Shown piece by piece: positions 12,401 through 24,400 of a stretch of DNA of 64,000 nucleotides. Numbering within the stretch: the first letter of the stretch is position 1; each line of letters starts with the position of its first letter. A program made the translations under genes and the position numbers. A model generated the notes under the pieces. It worked only from the letters and a program-made list of their open reading frames with translations. It was not told where the DNA came from and did no database searches. The stretch is from Phoronis australis (lineage: Eukaryota; Animalia; Phoronida): contig NMRA01000393.1 of assembly GCA_002633005.1 (NCBI GenBank), positions 296,034 through 360,033 on the forward strand, in the 5' to 3' direction.

Positions 12401-15400
12401 TGTCGGTAATCATGGATAATGTCAAGGAATTTACTGGACTGTTAAAAGACCTCTAAACCCCATTATGGTGAATTGAGTCAATTCTCATTGTGTCACTTGA
12501 TAAATGCTCTCTCAGTGTCCATCTGAGTGATCAAATGGATAAAACACTGTCGCAAAGTGTATCCTGTGCATCTTGGTGCGTGGTTTTTCTCCACAGTTGT
12601 CTTATAACTAACCAAAAGTTTTTAAGTTTAGCAGAGTTTGTAAGGAGTTTTCAAACTTTCCCCAAACCTTTGGTGGTTTATGAAGAGAATGATGGGAAAG
12701 TGTTTGATATCTATAGACCAAAACCAGGCTAGTTATCATTTTAACTTAGTGGTGACACTTTTGTTCTATGGTTAGAATTTTTAGCTTAATGATGGGATGT
12801 ATTCCATCAATGAGTTGTTTCTTATTGAAGAGTGGAACTCTCAAATACTTGTGGAGTGAGTTCTCAGTGTGCTTCATCTCAACACTGATTTTGCTGTGTT
12901 CAGTGGAACATGTTTCGAAGAAGACATCGTTTCTTATTTGTTTGCATGTTTGTATGAGAGAGTGTCTCCCTCTATTGGTTAGTGTAGTGATAACCCTGAA
13001 TCATTACCCAGTTGCCCATTCTTCCCTTTGTCTTCTCATTTACATTAACTGGCCTGCTTACATTCATTTCTGTGTCTTCTCAGTGTCCGCCCCCACCAAG
13101 TTGACCACTGCCTCGGGTACCAAGGCCAATGTCATTGTTGTCCAACAGAAAGGTCACCCCAGGAAACCTGGCCAGGCGCCTGTGGCCACCAGGGGGCCTA
13201 CCAGTGTATTTGAGAAGGTAAGTCACTTTTGAGCACAGGTAAGCTGTATGACGTGCTTTAACAAGCCTCTTTGGTAAGCATTGTGTATGAGTGATTGGTT
13301 TTGTATAACTTTTGTCATATGATATTTGAAATGTACACTTAAAGTATTTCTGCTGTTAAACCTACCATGTTGTAACAAATGCCAATAACAATAGAAATTT
13401 TTCTTCAATTTTGGGACAAAAATAATTGCCCCATATCTATTTTTCACAGGCTTACCACGTTACAAATGTTGTTTGGCAATATCTATGCTATACAAACCAT
13501 GCTGAAAGCAAAGTTAACATGGCTTAAAAAATTATTTTTGATGAGAAATTAGACAAAATGAAATTTCCCCTGTCCATCATATTGTTGACATCAAATGACT
13601 GATAGAGATTGGTTGAAATGCTTGTGACTTCTTGCATCAATAACTTACAGTTGACATAAAGTGACTGATATTGATTGGTTGCTTGCTTGTAACACTTGAC
13701 CTGTGCTGTATTTCCAGGAGTTGGTCTCCTTTATCCAGAAGCATGAACAGTCAAAACAAACTGGACCTAACAAGACAACAGTGGTTGTGAAGACTACAGA
13801 GGTAGGGAATGAGGGGTGATCACGGTATTGTAACATATATTGTGTTGAGTAGATGGACAGATGGACATACACACTGACAGACAGACAGATAGGTAGCTTT
13901 TTATAGAGGATAAAACGTAAGGTAGAGAACTTATCTACCACATGGTCCTCTGAAAACGAATAAATAAAATGTAAACTATTAAGAATATAAAATAAAGTTA
14001 AAACGTAATTAGAATAAATCATAAACAATGACTGAGTTATATACAGATGAAGATGTAAAGAGAATAAAGTGAGAAATGACATAAATGAACTTAATGTAGT
14101 GTGTCTCTCGATTGCATAAAAACAGTTTCAAAGAAATTGGACAATGTTGCAACTTTGCCGAATTTTGATGTTGTCCAGGTTGTTTTGAAAACTACATAAC
14201 TGCAAACATTCATTTATTGCTGCAGTGAGTAATACTGACTGTTATGGCATTTCAGTCGTCTTCCCAGCAGAAACCACAAGTAAAAATAGAGGAGATACAA
14301 ACTACTGGCAAGTCTTCATTGTTAGCGGAACTGATTCAGGCTGTTGGGATAGGCCCTGAGAACAGTCCTGGATCCACCCCAGGAAGTCAGTCACCTATCA
14401 CTACATCTATACAGGAGAGTGGTAAACAAAAAGGTGAGTCATATTAGTTCATCTGATCTACGCTTTATGTAAGGGCTGTTCCAGTAAAATCTGTATGGGA
14501 GGGGGGGAAGGCACCTTTTTTTCGCACCCACCACCCATATTTTTCATTTATTTCTTGTGGTTGACTGCACAGGCGCTTGAGTTTATCTGTTCCTCCATCA
14601 CCACTAACGTCATTCATTACTAAGAAAACATGTTTCTTATATATGGTTATTAGCCATCGAGAAATTCGAGCACCTGTGGTTAAATGGTGTTATGGGCATG
14701 CCGATGAGGAGATCGGAGGGAGTGAAAAAGTCGGAGCTTTTTGCAAGTTGCATTTTTGTTTCAGTTTTTGATTCTGTGCAGATTGTTTATAAAATTTACT
14801 AAAATTACCCACCATCAAACATTTATGGCCCAATGAAACAACAACGACCTGTAAATTCTAATTTTTTTGAAGTACGACCACCAGCCATTTTGAATTTAAG
14901 TCAAACGCAACCACCCATAAATTTTTATTTCAGTTGCCTTCCCCCCCTCCCACACAGATTTTGCTGGAACAGCCCTAAACAGTTAGTTGCTTTTTTTAAT
15001 TTGACGTTACTTTTAAAGTCATTTTTATAAATCTGCAAAATTCCGATGTCCTGTCTCTTGGTATACATTAACTTACAAAATATCAAAAAGAGTCACATTC
15101 TAAAGCTATGGTGTGGTCCTGGAAACTTGCTTACTAGCTGCCAATCTTGCCTGGTAGGACACGAGTGGATAGATTGTGACGAAGCTCCCGATGCTTCAGC
15201 CATTAAAGCCCTACTGGAGATGCAGGCCGCGGGAGGACAGACAGGGGGCGCTACTTATACCCCACAGCAGGCAGAAGTGTATACTTTAGGTGAGTTGTGG
15301 GTGGTGATGTCACTACATATGAGGTGTGTAAGACACTTCATACTGGTTCTCCATATTCAGGGCTATACACCATATTTAAGGTTATGCAACAGTTTTGTCC

Positions 15401-18400
15401 CACTTCTGATCAGTTGGGAAACCGAGAAGTGGGCTGCTGGTAGGGTGGCATTTTGGCTTAGTGTCTTGGATAATTAAAATATCGAATTGTAAGACGCTAT
15501 CAGCCATCTTGTTTACTCTTCCATTGCAACACCATTCCATTATTATCTTTTGTTTAAATTGAATTTGGTTACTTTTAAGTTGTATCGAATTACCTGGTGG
15601 CCATATTGGTTTGGCAACTGAAAGTAACTTGCACGATAAGCAACATAATGGCCATATTGGTTTGGCAACTGAAAGTAACTTCCACGATAAGCAACATAAT
15701 GGCCATATTGGTTTGGCAACTGAAAGTAACTTCCACGATAAGCAACATAATGGCCATATTGGTTTGGCAACTGAAAGTAACTTCCACGATAAGCAACATA
15801 ATGGCCATATTGGTTTGGCAACTGAAAGTAACTTGCACGATAAGCAACATAATGGCCATATTGGTTTGGCAACTGAAAGTAACTTGCACGATAAGCAACA
15901 TAATGGCCATATTGGTTTGGCAACTGAAAGTAACTTCCACGATAAGCAACATAATGGCCATATTGGTTTGGCAACTGAAAGTAACTTCCACGATAAGCAA
16001 CATAATGAGTCTGGTTCAATGTAGTAACAACCTGTCAGTTCATCCCAAGGTTAGAAATTGTGATCTGAACAAGGAACAATATGATGTCACAGTAAGTGTT
16101 GTTTTTGACAGAAGGTGTGGTTTCATTTCCTCTTTTATTGTCTCATTGGTTTTGTCTATAGTAGACCACCATTTCAAACTAATACAGCAATCTTTGGGCA
16201 TACGTACAGTTGACACCTACATGCTCCATGTTCATAGTACTTACAGTTGACTCCTACATGCTCCATGGTCATCATACGTAGAGATGACACCTACATGCTC
16301 CGTGTTCATCATACATACAGATGACACCTACATGCTCCATGGTCATCATACATACAGATGACACCTTCATGCTCCATGTTCATCAAAACTGTTCCTTTAT
16401 TCTGTCTAGAGGAGGCCACTAGTCAACTGCTGGATCAGGGACCGTCAGAGATAAGGCAACCTGGTGGTGGGGAGGGTCTGGTTCTGCTGGAGACAGATCT
16501 GTCCTCAGAATTAGAGCAACGTGCTTCTGGTCAGGTAAGCTGCTGCCAGAAATTAGTTTCCTATGAAGCAGGACAGTGTCAGCCTATGTTTCTGGAGTGC
16601 AAGTCTGTTGTATGTTATCCTCAAGATGGCGCTTCTCTTCACTCAGCATGTGGTCATTGTAATGTAAGGCTAATAACCAGTGTTCCTTATTAAAAATGCA
16701 TACTCGTACAATTTGGCTTGTAGTATGCAAGTATGCAATTTGGTTTGTAGTATGCAATTTGGCTTGTAGTATGCAAGTATGCAAGAGGAGGCAAAAGTGC
16801 TCTTGGTGAAAAGTTACGAGTAGAAATGGAAGAAGATTTTTAAATTAGAAATTGAGAAATGTATATTTACATGAATTTAACCAACAAACTTGAGCTGTGA
16901 AGCCAGAAACGTCCTTCAATTCATTCTAACTGTGGCAAAATAATCAACGAGTTGCAAGGCCTCTTCTATCAATATTCACCGTCACTTGCCTGAACTGTTC
17001 CTAACGACTTCTGTGATTGGTGGATTGTTCACTTCATTGGATTGCTACTATCTTCAGCTAACTACACGATGTTGTCAAAGTAAAAGAGGCTGAACATTCA
17101 AAGCTGTGATGAAAGTAGCTTCTGAAAGAAGAGAACATTCTGTTTTTGTCACGTTATTCCAAAGAACGTTAGTGTCTTATTAAGAGGGATCATCGACTTC
17201 CCATTTCAAGTTTTGTATTGTGTTACTTTTTGAGTACACTCATGTCGAGCCGTCGACGTCGTTCAAGGTTTTTTGACATTCAGTATATGTGGATGCTTCC
17301 AGTGAACAATTATTTCAAACTTTTATGGAATGGTTAAGTATGTGTTGTCCGGTGCTATTCGTGAGACCTTTTTTTGCAGATAAATTTTTGGTTTCAGAAA
17401 TGAGCGTTATAACTTCTGAATCAATGAACTCCACTTTGTTGTGTATGTTATCATGGTATATATTACCATTGTCACTTTGTTGTGTATGTTATCATGGTGT
17501 ATATTGCAACATATAGTTACATGATTATGGAAGCTCAGTAAGGAACTGTTCCATTGATAAACCTGATCTTTTCACTGCTGCAGTCCAACAACTAAGCACA
17601 TTAGAGAATTCTGAAAATTAATGGTCAAATCTGTACATTATGTATTAAACTGTTTCAAAGGTGAGTGGGAAAACTACAGACTAAACACTGTTTCAGTACA
17701 CTCACTTGATGAAAAATTAGAATTTTCATATATATTTTCTACGAGAAAATCTGCAAATTTACTGGAAAATCTGCAAATCTGGTGTCCAAAATATTCAAAC
17801 GCAGTCTTGGTGGTACACAGGTGTGCAAGTATCAAATGACTGCTTACTGTGTAGGAGAGCTGGTGACAACCTGTCTATGTATCACATGTCTACTTACACC
17901 TGTACAATGCTCAGGCCCTCATATACTCTTAGTATTCCTTCAACGCAGCTCTATATTTGTTCTTGTCTTTTCAGCTTCCCAGCAGTACGGCACCACAACT
18001 CTTGACGCAGCATACGACCACAGTTCAGAATAGCCTGCTGAGCACCCCCAGTACAGGCCCCCTCAGTCTTCTACCCCCTTCCACACTCGACAACACCGCT
18101 AACCTCCCCACTACTTCCACTCAGTTGTCCAACCTCCCTCGGGGAGCTGAGACTGAGCACTCTTCATCTGACACAGCCCTCGACATCTTCAGCACAGCTC
18201 TGGCCAGCGCCCAGATCGACCTTGACCCCTACCAATTCATTGACGATGACGTGACGGCTACCCAACCACCGCCAAAGTTGACCCACATTCACCAAGCCCA
18301 TTCAACTATACACACCAACCCCATGGTGGAACCTACGGCCAGAATTGTCAGGATAGACACAAAGGGTAATCACCTCTACTCATTCTGTAGACTGATATGT

Positions 18401-21400
18401 TGTTAACATTTAATTTATGTTAGTGTAAATGTCTATTCTCCTGTCCTTCCAATGTTATTTTGCCTAAAAATGGCAATTGTGGGATATAATGTGCCCACAG
18501 TTTGAGAACCAGTTTGATGCTCATTATTCAGTGGAGAAAACTGGTTCTCACAACGCATTTACATTGTATGTCTTTTACCTAAAATATGGCTGTTGATTCT
18601 TATTCAAACTGCGACCCACGGCATTCTTGAATTGCATCCAGTTGATATGTTCTGCACAATGGCAGAATTTCTTGATAAAGTGATATTCATGCTTGGGAGT
18701 TGCCTCCATGTTCCAGTCCCTATGGAGGAGTTGTTGACATATTTGTGTGACAATATAGACTTTTGGTCACTGCTTTAGATATTTGGATGTTGTGATTTGT
18801 TGTGTTTCAAAGGCTATCTCTTACTAAAAGCTTTAACTAAGTTATGAAATGGTGGTTATCCAAGTCATCTAGTTAAGTTGTTCTTCTCATTCTAGTTATT
18901 CATGCATGTAATATTCCCAATGTCACATACTTGGGACAATTCAATTTATGCATGTAATATTCCCAATGTCACATACTTGGGACAATTCAATTTATGCATG
19001 TAATATTCCCAATGTCACATACTTGGGACAATTCAATTTATGCATGTAATATTCCCAATGTCACATACTTGGGACAATTCAATTTATGCATGTAATATTC
19101 CCAATGTCACATACTTGGGACAATTCAATTTATGCATGTAATATTCCCAATGTCACATACTTGGGACAATTCAATTTATGCATGTAATATTCCCAATGTC
19201 ACATACTTGGGACAATTCAATTTATGCATGTAATATTCCCAATGTCACATACTTGGGACAATTCAATTTATGCATGTAATATTCCCAATGTCACATACTT
19301 GGGACAATTCAATTTATGCATGTAATATTCCCAATGTCACATACTTGGGACAATTCAATTTATGCATGTAATATTCCCAATGTCACATACTTGGGACAAT
19401 TCAATTTATGCATGTAATATTCCCAATGTCACATACTTGGGACAATTCAATTTATGCATGTAATATTCCCAATGTCACATACTTGGGACAATTCAATTTA
19501 TGCATGTAATATTCCCAATGTCACATACTTGGGACAATTCAATTTATGCATGTAATATTCCCAATGTCACATACTTGGGACAATTCAATTCATGCGTGTA
19601 ATATTCCCAATGTCACATACTTGGCACAATTCAATTTATGCGTGTAATATTCCCAATGTCACATACTTGGCACAATTCAATTTTCAGCATCTTGTCATTG
19701 TGTTCCATTTCAGCGAACAAACCCAAAATGCCTGATTCGATATTTGAACATTTAGACAAAATGACAGAAATTACCCTAAATATGAAACATGTCTGGGATA
19801 ATGTACGGTTTATAGATTTCGTATGTTATGTTTTGGCTTGCCTGATAATTCTTTTGTGATTCCAATGTAAGAAAATGAAGCCTTCAGACTTTATTAATTT
19901 CTGTTTTTCTTTTTGATTTATTATCCAGGTGATTTATTGACCTCAGGGTCCCAGATACCCTCCTCCAGCAAGGGTTCACAAAGTTTTATACCCCTTCAAG
20001 ACATAGTGGCCAAAAGTGGTAGTTTGACTTCAGCCAACTCAGGACAATCACCTCTTAATGTGGTTCAAAGAGTAAGGAAGCAACTTAGGTTACTCCAACT
20101 TTGTAGTACTTGTTGAGTGTTTTCTACCTTTTCCAGCTTTTGCAGTTCTGAGAATAATAGCAAAAGGGCCGTCCCAGATTATGCAGCGAGACTCGCTGTA
20201 TTTACCCACAATTCCATAAGCATGAGTCCCGCACATTTGCTGCCTCGTTTCCGTGCCATTTGAGGTGCACATGCACTTGTGCCTATATGTGCGTTTAAAC
20301 TAAACTACGTCTGGCAGACACTGATAAGCAAATGGCATTGTATGGTTGGCTTAAAGAGAAACTTTTCATGCACTTTTACATGGATTTTGTTGTTACTGAC
20401 TTGTTGAATTATTCTTAAACGTGTTTTGCCTGTTCAAATTTCAAGATTTAAATGAATAACACCCAGTCTTTTATATGTTTATCTGTTTTGATCTCGCAAA
20501 GAATTGCTTTGAGACAAACGTGAGAGTAGTATGTTAAATGTACACTGATACATGTTACTTCTAATGGACATTTTAAAATATTTGTTGTTTATTGTAATTA
20601 ATGACAATTAAAAACCTGCATCTTCAGTTCTGATGTGAAAATGTCTACTCTTATCAAGAGCTTTATTCAATATCTATGTAACTAGTATATACTATTGTTT
20701 TATTTGAATGTGAAATTGATGTTACATGTAAAGACTCGTTCCTTCTCACTAGAGTAGTTTGGAAGTATCCCTGCTCGGGGAATAGTTGTATATAATGTGC
20801 CCACATGTTGAGAACCAGTTTTCTCTACTGAATAACAGGCATCAAAAAGGTTCTCAAAATGGGGGGACGTTATATTTGGATATTCCACCAAGTTGTTCAC
20901 AGAATTGCTTGAACATACAAAGTGTTGTCTCTTTTAATAACACTTTTAATGACATTCTCTCAAACTCATGGTATATTTGTCTAGAGCAGGTCACATAACA
21001 TGTCTCTTGGTAACATGCTTTATTGCAGTTTCTTGTTGGATCGACAAATACGGCCAGTTTGAGAGAATGTCTATTGAAATTGTAAACAGACTACTTTGTC
21101 GTGTGTTTAACCAATTCTTTTCAACAGTTAAAGTTTCGTCAGACACAAAAATCAGTCAAAACTCCCGATTCTACAAAACAAGCTTTTTCCTTCATCAAAA
21201 AGCGAATTTTGACCAAAATACATGTCATGAGTTGTCTTTGAAACCCATTTGATGTACTTTTTGTGTGTTCCAGTTTGCAGTTACAAACGACCTAAATGAC
21301 TGGTGTTTAATTCAACTTTTGCTTGTTTAGTCAACTGCAGGTCCCGTTAATGTTAACGTGTACGTGGAGCCCTCTGGGGGCAACATGGATATCTCAAGCA

Positions 21401-24400
21401 TGAACTTTGACGACTTCACGAGTCAGCGACTCGCTGATGCTTCATCTGACTATGGAGAGAGTTATGTTGGTTTGGAGGGTAAGGCTTAGTTTTGGTTTGG
21501 ACGGTAAGGCTTAGTTTTGGTGCTGTACCTTAATCTTGAGGGCGAGGCTTCGTTTTAGGTGCTCAATGTCACTACTAAATTCTATCAGAATGTTAGTGTT
21601 TTTGTTTCTCTGCACATCTTTACATAGGATTTCTATATATCAAGAACATTAATTGTTGCATGTCAGACATGTTTGGTTGTAAACCCTTGAATTTTTTTTT
21701 TCTTGGTTTGCTGGTACTTTCATTGTTGAAATATTATTTTAAGTTTAATGAAAGTGAGGCAGAGCTGAGGTGTTCTCAATTAGACGAATCTTGTGAGTTT
21801 GTCCAGGTGGCGCTACAAAGCATGTAATATTATTAATGGTAATTGAGTGGCATATCTCAGTGTGTCCCTGGTGTTGTGTATGAAACAGGCTCAAGTGGCA
21901 CCATGATCAAACAACCTTTGGAAAATTACCAGCTGCCAATGTTTTGAACAATGTGTGTTCAAGTAAAATTTATTCCAATGGATTTGAAATCCAGTTCCAA
22001 CGTTATTTGGAGAAAGGCGTCAACTGATGCCTTTGATGTTATGCTGACAGACGTATTCCAGTTGTTGTATACTTGTGGCTCACAAGTATGGTGAGTGCAA
22101 AGAATGTTCCTCTTGTGAGTGACGTGTGCCACCTCATCTCTGTACATTTCAGTTTGCAAATGCTCGTTTAGTGCCTGCATGTTTAAGTAGGTTAAACTGG
22201 TTGTGTGTAAGTGTGTGTTGCTAAGTCAGTCCCCCCTTCTTGGTTCTTTGATAGCATCAACAAGTGGTGATGGTTCAGACCGTAACCTGGGAAAGAGGAA
22301 AAGAAAACCTCCACCAGCACCTGACGACAACCCAGCACCTTCTGTAGTTGGGGGCTGGATCCGAGCTGCACTGGGGTAGGTCATAAAGTCGTGAAGGTTG
22401 TAGGTTGAGGGGTGAAGGATGTTGTGACTGTGCTCATTCATCACTTCTACTCATCACATGTAGGCATTAACACAGTTTAGTTACTTCATTTTAATATTGT
22501 CTGGCCACTGTTGACATGGAAGTCTTTCCCTCACCATGTCGTTATATCTTTTCAAAAATGACATCCAAGTTTAGAATGAAAAAGAATCCGTTGAAATACA
22601 TGTTATTAAGGATTTGACATAACTCAAGATTGTCATCTACCAGTCTGTAAGGTTAAGGAGACCCTAGAAAAATGTCTGAAGATTGACAAACTTCTCAGAA
22701 TATCATATCTCAGAGATATCTGATGGAGTTCAAGTGAAAGTTTAATGTGTGGTCTTTTATGCAGTGTTTCCAAATGTTTCTTGGAATTGTTCCACAAAAT
22801 TTGCATCTTTCAGGATTAGCATAAAACTGAAACAGAAAGATTATTTAGAATGTGCTACAGTTCTTTTGAGATTTTATCTTGAACACTGATATAAAATGAA
22901 CTTCGGTGTTGATACTTTTCTACGTGCTTTCATGTTTTGAATTCAGAAAATATTACACTTTCACATTGTATTACACTTTCACATTGTATTACACTTTCAC
23001 ATTGTATTACACTTTCACATTGTATTACACTTTCACATTGTATTACACTTTCACATTGTAAATAGTTTGTAGATATTTGGCTAAATGCACAGACTTATTT
23101 GTAAGGTCCGTCATATCCATGACATGGCTGTGCTTTACACAAGTCATGTAGTGTACATTAAATTACCATCTGCACTGTTGAACTGCAGTTACCTAGTCAC
23201 TGGATTATGTCCCAATTCCTTTGTTATTCCAGGTTATTACAACGTGTTGCCAGATTCCGAGGTGCTAACCGAGAGAAGGGTGAAATAAATGCTGCTGCGT
23301 GGTTCACTAGACCTGGTGAGTGGTTTGGGAGACAGTAAAGAAGTGTTCACTCGTCTTATGGACTAAGCATGTCAAGTGTGGGGTGGTCTTGTGTGTTTGG
23401 ATGACTGAACAGTTGTCATAATGGTACAAAATGTAACTTCCTCTCTACTTTACAAGAAGAGGTATTAACAAAAGTTAACATTTTATAACTTGATAGCGCC
23501 CATGACAATGAAATGAAACGGATCTTCAGACAAATTCTTTATTAGAACTGATGTGAAAACAAAGTTGGACATTACTTGGATCAAGGGATCTCCTCAAGAG
23601 CCTTGCTTAGGTAGATGGTGCACTGAATTTCTGTAATTAACTTTAGAAAACTGATGAAGTACCAGACATACTGTATTGAACATTGATACTGCTTCCTTTT
23701 GCTGTTGTGTCAGAGTTATATTTCTGAAAAATAATTAAAAAGCTGAGGCCCCTGTATGTTGGTCTGCTGTAGTCACAAACTGTCTGGTGTGTTTGTTTCA
23801 GTAAATCCTAATGAGGCCCCTGTGTGTTGGTCTGCTGTAGTCACAAACTGTCTGGTGTGTTTGTTTCAGTGGATCCTACAGAGGCCCCAGGTTACTATGA
23901 GGTCATCACTCAGCCTATGGACTTCGGATCAATTAAGAAGAAACTTGAGGTGGGCATTCATTGTTTTAACTTTTCTGCCCAGAACCTTGACTTGAAGTAG
24001 ACGTTTATTGTGTAAACTTGAACAAGTGTTGTGATATTTTTGACGAAGCACCATTAATACTTAGTAAAGCAATAAAACTTGTTTGGCAAGTATTCAGACA
24101 AATGCTGTGCCCCCTTGTGGCAATTTTAGTTTTCACGTTTCCCTCTGTAACTTCGGAGTTCCTTGATGGATTTTCATGAAATTTTTGTAATAGATTTCTA
24201 TTAACGAGATGGTTACGACTTTCCTTTTTTGGATGAATTGGATGTTTTGTCCCCCACCTGGTGGCCGTTTCTTTATTGTTAGGAAAATTGTCAGATGTGT
24301 CCCTACAGCATGACTTAATGTGGATTTTCAGATGGATGACCCTACTTTTGTGCCCCTTGGTTTCTTCTTTGGAATTGGGACTATATCCTAACCTTTTGCA

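Noticed and set aside
15543-16250. Four overlapping repetitive ORFs
   Set aside because: 51-bp intronic minisatellite; not needed for the exon chain
18900-19682. CRISPR-like array with hairpin repeats
   Set aside because: No unique spacers, no cas genes, eukaryotic intron
21801-21815. Isolated CTCF-like CCAGGTGGCGCTA
   Set aside because: Single partial match; chance occurrence not excluded
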